Shown: piece after piece, positions 19,512 through 30,137 of the stretch
Layout: each line of letters opens with the position of its first letter
Numbering within the stretch: position 1 is the stretch's first letter
DNA from: Prevotella sp.
GTDB lineage: Bacteria; Bacteroidota; Bacteroidia; Bacteroidales; Dysgonomonadaceae
Assembly: GCA_031285625.1 (NCBI GenBank)
Contig: JAITVV010000017.1
Span: 62,945 to 126,944, forward strand
Direction: 5' to 3'
Length of the DNA: 64,000 nucleotides
Program-made: the position numbers and the translations under genes
The notes under the pieces: generated by a model
Seen by the model: the letters and a program-made list of their open reading frames with translations, nothing else
Told to the model about the DNA's origin: nothing
Databases searched by the model: none

Positions 19512-20495
19512 ATGAAACGTAATATAGCTATTGTTTGGGGAGGATATTCTTCCGAAATCATTGTTTCTGCTAAAAGTATGGCTAGTGTATATTCTTTTTT
19601 AGATAAAGAGAGATACAACATATATAAAGTTAAAGTAGTAAAAGAAGGTTGGAGCATAGATATTGATGAAAAGCAATATCCTGTTGATAAAAATGATTTC
19701 AGTTTTGTGCATCCATCCAACAAAGAAAAGATTAAATTTGACTTTGCCTTCATTATCATACATGGTACACCCGGTGAAGATGGACATCTACAAGGTTATT
19801 TTGATATGCTCGATATTCCCTACTCTACTTGTGGAATGATTGCATCTTCTTTAACAATGAATAAGTTTATATGCAATAATTATCTCAAAAATTTTGGCAT
19901 AAAAGTTGCTAATTCTTTATATTTGAATAAAGGTTCTAAATATAATATTAACGATATTGCCGAATCACTAGGTTTTCCTATGTTTGTTAAACCTAATACA
20001 GGAGGCTCAAGTTTTGCAACAACTAAAGTAAAATCTATAGACCAGTTACAAAAGGCTATTGATATTGCATTTGGAGAAACTCCGGATGTAATCATGGAAA
20101 GCTTTATTCAAGGTACGGAAGTTACATGCGGATGTTATAAAACAAAGGACAAGGAGGTAGTTTTACCTCTAACAGAAGTAGTTACCCCTAATGAATTCTT
20201 TGATTACAATGCAAAGTATGAAGGACAGGTAGAAGAAATTACTCCTGCACGTATATCAAAGAATATGACTGATGAAATACAACGGCTAACTCGTAAAATA
20301 TATGGTTTGGTTGGGGCCAAAGGTATAATCAGAGTCGATTATATTATCTCTGGAGATACCCCTTACTTATTAGAAGTAAACACTGTTCCGGGCATGACTC
20401 AGACCAGTTTTATACCCCAGCAGATAGCTGCTGCAGGTTTAAACATTACTGAAGTCTTAACTGAGATTATAGAAAACGAATTTAATGTAAATTGA
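19512..20495 (+). CDS. ddl: D-alanine--D-alanine ligase
   Basis: GGYSSE, HGTPGEDG, FVKP..GSS, FFDYNAKY, RVDY, LEVNTVPGMT. Confidence 0.95.
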   Translation: MKRNIAIVWGGYSSEIIVSAKSMASVYSFLDKERYNIYKVKVVKEGWSIDIDEKQYPVDKNDFSFVHPSNKEKIKFDFAFIIIHGTPGEDGHLQGYFDMLDIPYSTCGMIASSLTMNKFICNNYLKNFGIKVANSLYLNKGSKYNINDIAESLGFPMFVKPNTGGSSFATTKVKSIDQLQKAIDIAFGETPDVIMESFIQGTEVTCGCYKTKDKEVVLPLTEVVTPNEFFDYNAKYEGQVEEITPARISKNMTDEIQRLTRKIYGLVGAKGIIRVDYIISGDTPYLLEVNTVPGMTQTSFIPQQIAAAGLNITEVLTEIIENEFNVN

Positions 20496-20499
20496 TACC

Positions 20500-21648
20500 A
20501 TGAGTAACAAATTTGATGATATTGCACCTCTTTACGACCACGAGGTGAAACAAGCCATTCAGGATATATTAGTAGATCCCGGATTTCAGCATGCAGTCAG
20601 ATATATTATGCCTGATATCAATTGGGACGAATTCTCTGCCGAAATGTCTAAATATGAAACCAAAGAGCAGTTTCAATCACAGATGATTTATCCGGTTGTA
20701 AAAATGCTGGGAATGAAGGTTTCGGACAGCATGCTACTTGATAAGTGGGAGACCATAGACAAATCTGTAGAACATCTATTCCTGTCTAACCATCGGGATA
20801 TTGTATTGGATGCAGGTTTACTTAATATTCTGCGTCACGAAAAAGGATTCGCTACTACCGAAATAGCAATTGGAGATAATCTTCTTATCCACCCATGGAT
20901 AGATAAGCTGGTACGCTTAAATAAAAGCTTTATAGTACGAAGAGGATTATCCATCAAAGAAAGGCTCATAGCCTCTAAACACATGTCTGAATATATACAT
21001 TACGCTATCTCTGAAAAGAAAGAATCGGTGTGGATAGCACAGCGCGAAGGACGTGCCAAAAACTCAGATGACAGAACACAGGATAGCCTTTTGAAGATGT
21101 TAGCACTATATCCTGAAGATAAACCATTTATAGAAAGTTTGAAAGAATTAAACCTGATCCCATTATCTATTTCCTATGAGTATGATCCTTGTGACTATCT
21201 GAAAGCAAAGGAATTTCAACAAAAAAGGGATAATCCTGATTTCAAGAAAACTCAGCGGGATGACTTACTAAATATGGAAATTGGTATTTTAGGAAAAAAA
21301 GGAAATGTTATTTTCCGTTTTGGAAATTGTATAAATCCGGAGCTTGACAAAATAACAGAACCGGACAAACGTATACAACCCGAAATAGCTGCACATATAA
21401 TTGATAAAGAAATTCATCGTAATTACGAAATATTCCCTTGTAATTATATGGCTCATGATCTTTTTAATAAAGAAACCAGATTTAGTGACAAATATACTCC
21501 GGAGCAGGTAGATGAATTTAAAGACTATCTGGATAAGCAAATTAAGAAGATTGACCTGGATTACATCGATTACGACTTTGTCTTCGATAAAATGCTGGAA
21601 ATGTACTCCAATACATTAAAAAACCATCTGGTAGCAATACAATCATAA
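20500..21648 (+). CDS. glycerolipid acyltransferase (PlsC superfamily)
   Basis: SNHRDIVLD (HxxxxD), IAIGDNL, WIAQREGRAK, ISYEYDPCD. Confidence 0.88.
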   Translation: MSNKFDDIAPLYDHEVKQAIQDILVDPGFQHAVRYIMPDINWDEFSAEMSKYETKEQFQSQMIYPVVKMLGMKVSDSMLLDKWETIDKSVEHLFLSNHRDIVLDAGLLNILRHEKGFATTEIAIGDNLLIHPWIDKLVRLNKSFIVRRGLSIKERLIASKHMSEYIHYAISEKKESVWIAQREGRAKNSDDRTQDSLLKMLALYPEDKPFIESLKELNLIPLSISYEYDPCDYLKAKEFQQKRDNPDFKKTQRDDLLNMEIGILGKKGNVIFRFGNCINPELDKITEPDKRIQPEIAAHIIDKEIHRNYEIFPCNYMAHDLFNKETRFSDKYTPEQVDEFKDYLDKQIKKIDLDYIDYDFVFDKMLEMYSNTLKNHLVAIQS

Positions 21649-21724
21649 GGCAAAGATAATTTTGTATAGCTTTTGAGTTATATAAATATATTTCTATATT
21701 TGTATAACTCAAAAAGGCCCAGCT

Positions 21725-22297
21725 ATGAAAAAAATTCTACTTTACATTACATGCAGCCTCCTATCCATCACGTGTTTTTCACAGGTAGTAAAACAGGGTG
21801 AGCAATTCACCAAAGTTCCTGTTCTTGAGGAAAAAGTAATCTTCATGAAGGAAATTCCTCTCAAATCGGGATTATCAGCTGAAGATAATTATAAGTTATT
21901 AAAAGAATGGGCAGGTATAAATTATGGAAAAGATCCATTTATCTCCAGTATCAGATACAATCTGGATAATAAAGAATTTATAGCTAAGTCGAGAATAGAA
22001 CTTTTATTACCTGCTAACTCAAAAGGAGAAAGGGAGAAAATGATTATGCGATATCGCGTAAACGGATTTATCTTCCAGGATAAATGTGTATTGGAAATAA
22101 TTGATATTTCATATTTATACGAAAATTCAGGTAAGGGAAATCTATTATCACGTGTAATACGTGCAGAAGACTTTATTACAGACAAAGCTCTTGAAGATAA
22201 TAATCACCTTGAAATAAAAACCAACACTCGCAAAAGCACACTATATTTTCTGAATGAGCTTGGTGCAAACTTTGAAAACAAGTTTGGGTATAAATAA
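21725..22297 (+). CDS. exported hypothetical protein (DUF4468-like)
   Basis: signal peptide ending FSQ; KVPVLEEKVIF and LEIIDISYLY resemble this Bacteroidota family. Confidence 0.6.
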   Translation: MKKILLYITCSLLSITCFSQVVKQGEQFTKVPVLEEKVIFMKEIPLKSGLSAEDNYKLLKEWAGINYGKDPFISSIRYNLDNKEFIAKSRIELLLPANSKGEREKMIMRYRVNGFIFQDKCVLEIIDISYLYENSGKGNLLSRVIRAEDFITDKALEDNNHLEIKTNTRKSTLYFLNELGANFENKFGYK

Positions 22298-22320
22298 GAA
22301 TAAAAGAATATCTAGAAATA

Positions 22321-22360
22321 AAAAAGACCACACTTCATTTACAAGTATGGTCTTTTTCTT
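22321..22360. terminator. bidirectional terminator
   Basis: AAAAAGACCA...TGGTCTTTTT between convergent genes. Confidence 0.7.
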
Positions 22361-22377
22361 TTTATATAGGTTTATAT

Positions 22378-22911
22378 TTATATCTTTTTCCAATAAGTAT
22401 ATTTACCGTTAAAATTAAGTTCCAGCTTCAAATTATCTGATGCAGGAATATCTTCAGATGGAGTAAATGTCACATTTATTTTCAGAGTATGTTGATTAAC
22501 CATTCTGGTAAATGAATTCTTAAAAAAATCTATATGTTTATTGGTATATAAATCTATATCAGCTACAGTAATGTCTCCAAAAGATTGTTCAACACCATTT
22601 ATTTTCACTTTGAAATCTTTTAATACAACACCATTTCTCAGTCCAGTTACACTTGCAGTGACTTTACCTAAGTTCAGTTCACCTGTCGAAATCCTTGTAC
22701 CATCATAACCTGTAGCACTAACTTTAAGTAAATCTTCTAAAGAAGCACTGACTTCGGGAATTGTCACAACTTGATCTTTAAAGCCTTTCAACTCTACAGT
22801 CTGTTTACAATCAGAGGTAAAAGTTACAGCTTCTTTCTCATCGTCACTACCACATGCTGTAAATGCAAACATTGCTGTTATTGTAAATAAAACAAAAAAT
22901 AATTTCTTCAT
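22378..22911 (-). CDS. hypothetical surface lipoprotein
   Basis: MKKLFF..FTAC-GSDDEKE lipobox with acidic export-signal-like stretch; ATG at 22911. Confidence 0.75.
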   Translation of the reverse strand: MKKLFFVLFTITAMFAFTACGSDDEKEAVTFTSDCKQTVELKGFKDQVVTIPEVSASLEDLLKVSATGYDGTRISTGELNLGKVTASVTGLRNGVVLKDFKVKINGVEQSFGDITVADIDLYTNKHIDFFKNSFTRMVNQHTLKINVTFTPSEDIPASDNLKLELNFNGKYTYWKKI

Positions 22912-23093
22912 AAATGTCAATGATTTTAATTTAATTCTAGAAAATTGTGTTTTGAAAATTCTGTTAATGATCCGGGCACAAAGGTAATTCTTTTTTAATA
23001 ATATAATATTTACTGATAAAAGATTTATCAGTTCATTCCTATCTAATCAGAATTTATTACCTTTAGACATCTGATAATCTTACATTTACTATA

Positions 23094-23621
23094 ATGAAAA
23101 ACAAAGTCATCGAAATCCGGAAAGAAACCATTAATGATTATCCCTCTGTATATGCTGTTAATTCCGCGGCTTTCAACAGAAAAGATGAAGCACGTCTTAC
23201 TGACAGATTACGCCTGAGTAATGCTTTTGTACCTGAACTATCGTTAGTAGCAACAATAGAAGATAAAATCATTGGAGCAATCCTATTCACAGAAATTTAT
23301 ATCGTAGATACTGATAAAGAAGTAGTGAGTCTTTCACTTGCACCTATAGCAGTAGTCCCGGATCAACAAAATAAGGGAATAGGTAGTCAACTCATACAAT
23401 ATGGACTTGATAAAGCGAAAGAACTGGGATATAAATCCGTTATCGTGTTAGGACATAAAGATTATTATCCTCGATTCGGATTCAAACCTGCAAAGAAATG
23501 GTCTATAAAAGCCCCATTTAATATCCCTGATGATGCATTTATGGCTCTCGAATTAGTAGAAGACAGTTTGAATAATGTAAAAGGAATGGTAAGATACGCA
23601 AAAGAATTCGGCGATATCTAA
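23094..23621 (+). CDS. GNAT N-acetyltransferase (YhbS-like)
   Basis: LSLAPIAV, QNKGIGSQL, VLGHKDYYPRFGF. Confidence 0.9.
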   Translation: MKNKVIEIRKETINDYPSVYAVNSAAFNRKDEARLTDRLRLSNAFVPELSLVATIEDKIIGAILFTEIYIVDTDKEVVSLSLAPIAVVPDQQNKGIGSQLIQYGLDKAKELGYKSVIVLGHKDYYPRFGFKPAKKWSIKAPFNIPDDAFMALELVEDSLNNVKGMVRYAKEFGDI

Positions 23622-23628
23622 TGCTGAA

Positions 23629-24060
23629 TTATAAGCTCATACCTTCATATTTTGATATAGCCTCACGCCATACATCAGGTATGTGCATCGAGGATTGAGT
23701 TTCAGCATTATAAGTAACAAAAACTGACTGGCAACGACATTTTATTTCATTATTCTTTGTATTCCTTATTTGCTGAAGAAAGACTCCGCTTTTATCTCCA
23801 AGCTTTACTATTTTGGTTTCTACAGCAATAGCCTCTTTATAGTAGATAGGAGAAAAGAAATCCGTTTCTATATGTGCTACAACTATCAACCCGTCTATCC
23901 AACTGACAGTTGTAGGCTTTATGACATCAAAATAGCTTGTCTTACCAAGATCAAAATAGCTGAAATATACGTTATTATTTATATGTCCCAGAGCATCGAT
24001 ATCACTAAAGCGAATCTGCACGGGTAAAGTAGTTTTGAATGTCTCGGGTTTTATTTCCAT
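23629..24060 (-). CDS. acyl-CoA thioesterase (4HBT hotdog fold)
   Basis: IRFSDIDALGHINNNVYFSYFD; ATG at 24060 avoids overlap with the next gene. Confidence 0.88.
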   Translation of the reverse strand: MEIKPETFKTTLPVQIRFSDIDALGHINNNVYFSYFDLGKTSYFDVIKPTTVSWIDGLIVVAHIETDFFSPIYYKEAIAVETKIVKLGDKSGVFLQQIRNTKNNEIKCRCQSVFVTYNAETQSSMHIPDVWREAISKYEGMSL

Positions 24061-24064
24061 AAAA

Positions 24065-24358
24065 TTATCTGAATATAATATCATTAACGACATACATGCC
24101 CGCATGTTCGTTCAACTTATTTATTAGTTTATCTTTTGCCATTAGTAATTCTGAACGTAATACAGATGAACTAAGTGAAACGTAAAGCACACCATTACGC
24201 AAATAGATATTGGTTGTGTAAGACGTTATCATTGGGCCAAGCAGTTTTGACCAACCTGTAACAGCCCTACTTTCGGCAAATTTTCTCTTAAAAAACTGGT
24301 TCTCTTCAAAGAATTGCCTCAGAACTTCGCCTATACTTTCCGTATTTCGTTTTCTCAT
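24065..24358 (-). CDS. DUF721 (DciA-family) protein
   Basis: WSKLLGPMI..T..LYVSLSSSVLRSEL; lies directly downstream of recF. Confidence 0.85.
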   Translation of the reverse strand: MRKRNTESIGEVLRQFFEENQFFKRKFAESRAVTGWSKLLGPMITSYTTNIYLRNGVLYVSLSSSVLRSELLMAKDKLINKLNEHAGMYVVNDIIFR

Positions 24359-25461
24359 ATAGCAATGTTCTTTTGTATTACTTCTCCTTTAGTTACTTCA
24401 TAAAGGTGATAATCACTATTTGTACTGGAGAGAATATCATCAAGATGTTCCCTGTTAGTATCTGTTATAAATATTTGACCAAAGTCTTTATCAAGTACTA
24501 ATGTAATAATTTTTTCTACTCTTGACGAATCCAGTTTATCAAATATATCATCCAATAATAAGATAGGAGTTGTATCCGTAGCCTTTCTGAGAAAATCGAA
24601 TTGAGCTAATTTTAAAGCAACCACATAAGTTTTGTTTTGCCCCTGAGATCCAACCCTTTTCATCGAATAACTATCCATTTGCATATCCAGATCATCCTTA
24701 TGTATACCAACAGTAGTATATCCAAGTATCTTATCCCTTTCTCTCCTTTGCTTTAGCAGTTGTGAAAAATCAGTATCATCGAAATGAGATTCATACTTCA
24801 ACTCTACTTTTTCATTTGATGAACATATAAAATCATAGAATTTTTGAAAAATTGGAATAAACTTATCTATAAAATCTTTTCTTTTTGAATAGATAATTTT
24901 TCCCTCATCTATCAACTGATCATCCCACAGGTCTAAAAGTGTCTCATCTATATGCCCATCGGTTTTCAACAAGGCATTTCGTTGTTGCAAAGCCTTATTA
25001 TAGCGAATAAGGGAATGCAGATATTCTTTATCGAATTGGGAAAGAAAAAGATCAATAAATTTACGGCGTTCGTCACTACCGCCATTTATCAGATCCGTAT
25101 CGGAAGGAGAAACCATCACCAGAGGTAGTAAACCTATATGACCAGATAAGCGCTCATACTCTTTCTTATTACGCTTAAATTGCTTTTTTTGTTTACGCCT
25201 GAGACTACAGAAGAATTCATCTTGTTTATCATTCATTAAATACCATCCTTGTATTACAGCAAAATCAGCGCTATGACGAATATTCTGTGAATCGATCGGA
25301 TTATTGTAACTCTTACAGAATGACAGATAATATATGGCATCCAGAAGATTCGTTTTCCCCATACCATTACTACCTAAAAAACAATTTATCTTAGAAGATA
25401 AATTCAATTCAGTTTGCTCTATATTCTTATAATTAAGGATGGATAAACGTTCTAATATCAT
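24355..25461 (-). CDS. recF: DNA replication/repair protein RecF
   Basis: GSNGMGKTNLLDAIY, GIHKDD, GSQGQ, LLLDDIFDKLD; start at MILERL (25461). Confidence 0.95.
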   Translation of the reverse strand: MILERLSILNYKNIEQTELNLSSKINCFLGSNGMGKTNLLDAIYYLSFCKSYNNPIDSQNIRHSADFAVIQGWYLMNDKQDEFFCSLRRKQKKQFKRNKKEYERLSGHIGLLPLVMVSPSDTDLINGGSDERRKFIDLFLSQFDKEYLHSLIRYNKALQQRNALLKTDGHIDETLLDLWDDQLIDEGKIIYSKRKDFIDKFIPIFQKFYDFICSSNEKVELKYESHFDDTDFSQLLKQRRERDKILGYTTVGIHKDDLDMQMDSYSMKRVGSQGQNKTYVVALKLAQFDFLRKATDTTPILLLDDIFDKLDSSRVEKIITLVLDKDFGQIFITDTNREHLDDILSSTNSDYHLYEVTKGEVIQKNIAI

Positions 25462-25566
25462 TTTCTGAAAGATCAATATTCCACAAAAATACAATTTTTA
25501 TATGGGATACCAGTTTTTAATATGATAAAGAACAGAAGATTTATTATGTATATCTTCCGAAACGAA

Positions 25567-26187
25567 TCACAGCAACTTAAACGAATAGCCTTGTTCTTTC
25601 AGCCATTCTATACTTTTGGGCAAAGCATATTTCATATTCCTTTCAGCCTTCAAGGAATCATGGAACACTATAACAGAACCGTCACGCGTATATTTCTTCA
25701 CATTTTCATATACTTGTTCCGGGGTCATCAGTTTACTATAGTCACGAGTCACGACATCCCACATCACAATCTGGTAATAGCGCCGTAATGTAAAAAATTG
25801 AGGGATACGCATGTGTCCATGGGGTGGGCGGAAAATATCTGATTCTATATATTCAGAAGCCAGTCTGGTATTTTCCAGATATCTTTTCGAAAACTTTCGT
25901 ATGCCTTGTATATGGTTAAAAGTATGATTGCCTACACGATGTCCCCTGTTGAGTACCATCTTATAAATTTCGGGGTGCTTACGAACATTATCTCCAACAC
26001 AAAAAAACGTTGCCTTAATGTTATATTCATCTAACAAGTCCAATACCCACGGTGTAATTTCAGGTATAGGTCCATCATCAAATGTGAGATAAACAGTCTT
26101 TTGACCTTTTATAGGTTTTCGCCATATAGCTCCGGGAAAGAGCATGCGATATATAATAGGAGGTTGTTCAATTAACATGACGAACAT
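25567..26187 (-). CDS. polysaccharide deacetylase (CE4/NodB)
   Basis: LTFDDGP, ATFFCVG, GNHTFNH, FRPPHG, VFHDS; alternative start at 26178. Confidence 0.92.
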   Translation of the reverse strand: MFVMLIEQPPIIYRMLFPGAIWRKPIKGQKTVYLTFDDGPIPEITPWVLDLLDEYNIKATFFCVGDNVRKHPEIYKMVLNRGHRVGNHTFNHIQGIRKFSKRYLENTRLASEYIESDIFRPPHGHMRIPQFFTLRRYYQIVMWDVVTRDYSKLMTPEQVYENVKKYTRDGSVIVFHDSLKAERNMKYALPKSIEWLKEQGYSFKLL

Positions 26188-26198
26188 TCACAAACAAG

Positions 26199-26226
26199 CG
26201 GATTTTCATGAGATCATGAAAATCCG
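26199..26226. repeat. perfect inverted repeat/hairpin
   Basis: CGGATTTTCATGA-ga-TCATGAAAATCCG in the short gap between the DUF2723 and deacetylase genes. Confidence 0.7.
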
Positions 26227-26242
26227 TGTTCATCTATTTATA

Positions 26243-29200
26243 TTAATTTCTATATTTTTGTAAAAGTCTTGGATTATACCTTTGCATAAGTTCACCAATA
26301 CGGTTTGCCATCTCATGCTCTTCTCTCTCAACAACAGAGTCTTCCCCTGATAAGTAGAAACCTCTCATAGTTACACGCATCAGATAGTCTAAAGGATGCC
26401 TGCTTTCGCTGAAACTCACTCCATTGCTAAGGAATTTATCTGTAAGTAACATGAGCTTATCAAGCATAGCCTTATATTTAGCTCTGTCGTAACGTTGATA
26501 AACATCCAATATCTGAATCTCATTATTCAAATAATCACGAATATCAGAACTACAAGTAATCATATCTATCTGTTTCATACTTGCATACCATTGCAGTGAG
26601 CCATTTGTTCTATAGAGTATCTCATCAATTATCTTCTGAGCCTTTTCCGGCTGTCCAAGCTGATAGTATGCTTCAGCAAAAATAACTGACTCTCCGCTTC
26701 TAGGAACTGTATTACCAGGAATCTTTTCCATACATGTATCAAGAGCTATCAAAGCTTTCTCATTATCACCCTTTTCCAATAATGCAGTGATTAAATCACC
26801 AAACATCAGACGGAAAGTGCGGCACATTCTCAGGTTATTTTCATCCAGGTATACTTTAGGATTTTCAATACCACCATATTTGTATTTATTGACCATATTG
26901 TCAAACATTACATCTGTATTTACACCGGTACTGTCTACAATTCCCGGAGTGATACGGCATATAATACCTTCTTTTACTGATTGGTCTGTCAACTTCAATG
27001 GCGGCTCTCCTATTGTCATAGCATAGTATATACCACGCTTCCAGTCATCTTTATTGATATTGTTCAACATATCCAATATCATCATTTCCTGTCTGTATAT
27101 ACCACCTTTATTATCTCCAAGATCGAATATAAATTCACGCTTAGGAGTAGCCCCCAGAGTCTTCCAATCTACCTTGGACTCATCTATATTCATCTTAAAG
27201 ATACTACTAGGTATAATTACGCCCTTATCGATACCAAATGGATTACGAGGTGTATAATTATCTTTTGTTTTTAGTATATCAAGTACTTCGTCTACTGACA
27301 TAGTATCTTTATATGCGGCTGTATCATAATATTCATTATAATTGATCCGGCCAAACATAGAGGCCCCATCTTGCGAACTCTTCAATTCCCGGTTTATTAC
27401 ACTTTCTATGTCTTTACGGGACAATACATATGCCGACTGACCTTTAGAACCCTGATATCTGTCTTCTTCCCATTCTATTGGCAGTGGCGACGAATCATAA
27501 GCCTGACGGCGCATTTGATCTACGTACCAATCTGTTTGCAAGTAACTAAGGTTACAAACCCGCACATCGGTACGGAAGCCCTCAACTTCCTGAGCATACC
27601 ATAATGGGAATGTATCGTTGTCACCCATAGAGAAGAGGATACTATTCGGCTCGCATCCGCGAAGGTAGTTCATACCAAAATCGCGCATTGTATATCTATC
27701 CGAGCGGTCATGGTCATCCCAGTTTTGTCCGGCCATCTGTATTGGTATAAATAGAGAAAGACCTGTAGCAAGAGATGCTGCAATCTGACTAGGCAGGAAT
27801 TTACTGAAGATTCTCCACAAAAATGCAACACCAAATCCTATCCAGATACAAAATGCATAGAACGAGCCTGCATAAGCATAATCACGTTCACGTGGTTCAA
27901 ATGGTTGCTGATTCAAGTATATAATAATCGCAATACCTGTCATGAAGAACAACATGAATGTTATAAGGAATTGTTGTTCCCCTTTACGTCCTCTTGTCAA
28001 TTGGAAACCTATACCAAGTATTCCTAATATCAAAGGCAACATATAGTATTTGTTATGGCCCTTATTTTCAGCAATATCCGGTGGTAAATTATCTTGTGGA
28101 CCACGTCCTAACAACTCATCAACAAAACTAATACCTGTTATCCAGTTACCGTTACTCATATTACCTACAGCCTGAACATCATTCTGACGACCAGAGAAGT
28201 TCCACATGAAATAACGGAAATACATGAAATCCAATTGATATGTAAAGAAGAATTTCAGATTCTCGAACATTGTAGGTTGTACCGATGTATCTTTTATATC
28301 CGCCCATATCTGATAACCTAATAAATGCCTGTCTTCTGTAGAATACATTCGTGGAAGAAGCATTGTATTTGTATATCCATAAGTTGGGATTGTACCGGTT
28401 ACAACATATTCATCTTTCTGGTCAGGAGATTTCTTTACAACTTTATCATAAGTTTTCTTTTCGCTTTCCGGAGGAGATATCCTACCTGATGCACCGTCTC
28501 TTTTTTCGGTAGAAGCATATGTTTTCCCATAAAACAATGGCCTGTCCCCATACTGTTCACGATTAAGATAACTGGCCAAAGTAAATACATTCTCCGGAGA
28601 GTTCTGATCCATTGGTGTATTAGCCACTGAACGGATAGGAATAAGTGCAAAAGAGGAATATCCTACCAGAATAACCATCAGACACAAAACTGTTGTATTC
28701 AGAAATCTAAGATCTATTTTCTTATAGAAGAATAAAAAAGCAGCAGTGGCAGCTATAAGTACTAACCAAAGTAATATACTTGATCCGATAAAAGTAACCC
28801 CACTCAACGCTAAAGTGATTAGAACAGCTATTTTTGCCCTTTTCATATTTCCCTTTGGCGAAAGAGTTTCATAAAGTGCCCAGATAATAGAAACAATTAT
28901 CAGTAGGATATAAGTCAATGCACCTGTATTATATGAAAAACCTAAGCTATTAACAAACAGCATTTCAAACCATCCGCCGACTTTTGTGAATCCGGGGATA
29001 ATACCATACATGAGTATAACAATAAGCAAAACAGAAACAGCTAATGCAACCAGCGTTCCTTTTACATCTATATCCTTTGCCTTCTTGAAGTAATATACCA
29101 GAACAATAGCCGGAATACAAAGCAAGTTGAGCAAATGGACTCCAATAGACAGTCCCATCGCATATGCTATAATAACCAACCATTTGTCAGCACCGGGCTG

Positions 29201-29710
29201 TCCTGCGCGATTCTCCCATTTCAGTATCAGCCAAAACACGAGAGCCGTAAACATGGAAGAATAGGCATAAACCTCACCCTCCACAGCCGAGAACCAAAAT
29301 GTATCTGTGAATGTATACGTAAGGGCACCAACTAAACCGCTACCAATAATAGCTATAAGCTGTCCCAAAGACATTTCTTTTTCAGTATCTGTATAAATTA
29401 ATTTCTTAGCAAGATGTGTAATAGTCCAGAACAGGAATAATATGGTAAGGGCACTCAATAAAGCTGACATACTGTTTATCATAGCAGCAACCTGACTAGG
29501 ATCAGAAGCAAATAATGAGAAAAACTTTCCGGTTAGCATGAAAAACGGAGCTCCCGGCGGGTGACCAACTTCCAGTTTGTAGGCAGAAGTAATAAACTCG
29601 CCACAATCCCAAAAACTGGCTGTAGGTTCAATTGTCATCAGGTAAACAATAGCAGCTATGGCAAAACTAAACCAACCAAAGATATTGTTTATCAGGTTAT
29701 ATTTCTTCAT
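26243..29710 (-). CDS. DUF2723 (TMEM260-like GT-C) membrane protein, putative glycosyltransferase
   Basis: SFWDCGEF, GHPPGAP, FWFSAVEGEVY, EPRERDY, GDNDTFPLWY. Confidence 0.88.
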   Translation of the reverse strand: MKKYNLINNIFGWFSFAIAAIVYLMTIEPTASFWDCGEFITSAYKLEVGHPPGAPFFMLTGKFFSLFASDPSQVAAMINSMSALLSALTILFLFWTITHLAKKLIYTDTEKEMSLGQLIAIIGSGLVGALTYTFTDTFWFSAVEGEVYAYSSMFTALVFWLILKWENRAGQPGADKWLVIIAYAMGLSIGVHLLNLLCIPAIVLVYYFKKAKDIDVKGTLVALAVSVLLIVILMYGIIPGFTKVGGWFEMLFVNSLGFSYNTGALTYILLIIVSIIWALYETLSPKGNMKRAKIAVLITLALSGVTFIGSSILLWLVLIAATAAFLFFYKKIDLRFLNTTVLCLMVILVGYSSFALIPIRSVANTPMDQNSPENVFTLASYLNREQYGDRPLFYGKTYASTEKRDGASGRISPPESEKKTYDKVVKKSPDQKDEYVVTGTIPTYGYTNTMLLPRMYSTEDRHLLGYQIWADIKDTSVQPTMFENLKFFFTYQLDFMYFRYFMWNFSGRQNDVQAVGNMSNGNWITGISFVDELLGRGPQDNLPPDIAENKGHNKYYMLPLILGILGIGFQLTRGRKGEQQFLITFMLFFMTGIAIIIYLNQQPFEPRERDYAYAGSFYAFCIWIGFGVAFLWRIFSKFLPSQIAASLATGLSLFIPIQMAGQNWDDHDRSDRYTMRDFGMNYLRGCEPNSILFSMGDNDTFPLWYAQEVEGFRTDVRVCNLSYLQTDWYVDQMRRQAYDSSPLPIEWEEDRYQGSKGQSAYVLSRKDIESVINRELKSSQDGASMFGRINYNEYYDTAAYKDTMSVDEVLDILKTKDNYTPRNPFGIDKGVIIPSSIFKMNIDESKVDWKTLGATPKREFIFDLGDNKGGIYRQEMMILDMLNNINKDDWKRGIYYAMTIGEPPLKLTDQSVKEGIICRITPGIVDSTGVNTDVMFDNMVNKYKYGGIENPKVYLDENNLRMCRTFRLMFGDLITALLEKGDNEKALIALDTCMEKIPGNTVPRSGESVIFAEAYYQLGQPEKAQKIIDEILYRTNGSLQWYASMKQIDMITCSSDIRDYLNNEIQILDVYQRYDRAKYKAMLDKLMLLTDKFLSNGVSFSESRHPLDYLMRVTMRGFYLSGEDSVVEREEHEMANRIGELMQRYNPRLLQKYRN

Positions 29711-29952
29711 AATGAACAGGTGTTGAATAATGTCTGCTTGATTAAACAGTTGTTTTTTATATATTTGGGTGCAAAGATAGTTAAATCAATGAAAGTATTA
29801 TTTTATATTCCTTTGTTTTTAACTCTCAAATTCAAAAACTTCTTAAAAAGAAGAATTCTTTTATAAGATTATCTAATTAAGTAATGCGAATCAGTGAAAC
29901 ATAGCAAAGAATAGAATTGAAAATCGGCAGAGCTAAATTTTATGAAAAAAGT

Positions 29953-30044
29953 CGTTGAGATGTCTCCTTGCAGTCGATATGACGAGAGAATAAGAAAAGG
30001 TAACAGCTAAAATAATACAAAAGGTGTAACCTTTGTCACCTTTT
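29953..30044 (+). repeat. about 91-bp direct repeat, copy 1 (REP-like half element plus dispersed element copy C)
   Basis: CGTTGAGATGTCTCCTTGCAGTCGATATGACGAGA...TGTAACCTTTGTCACCTTT, near-identical to 30138-30228. Confidence 0.9.
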
Positions 30045-30056
30045 TTGCCTCGCCTT

Positions 30057-30127
30057 TCGGATTTACAATCCGACAAATGTAAAAATCCTCACATTTAGGA
30101 TATCTTCGGATTGCAAATCCGAAGATA
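30057..30127. repeat. inverted pair of REP-like palindromes
   Basis: TCGGATTTACAATCCGA (30057-30073) and TATCTTCGGATTGCAAATCCGAAGATA (30101-30127). Confidence 0.8.
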
Positions 30128-30137
30128 CTGGGGAAAC

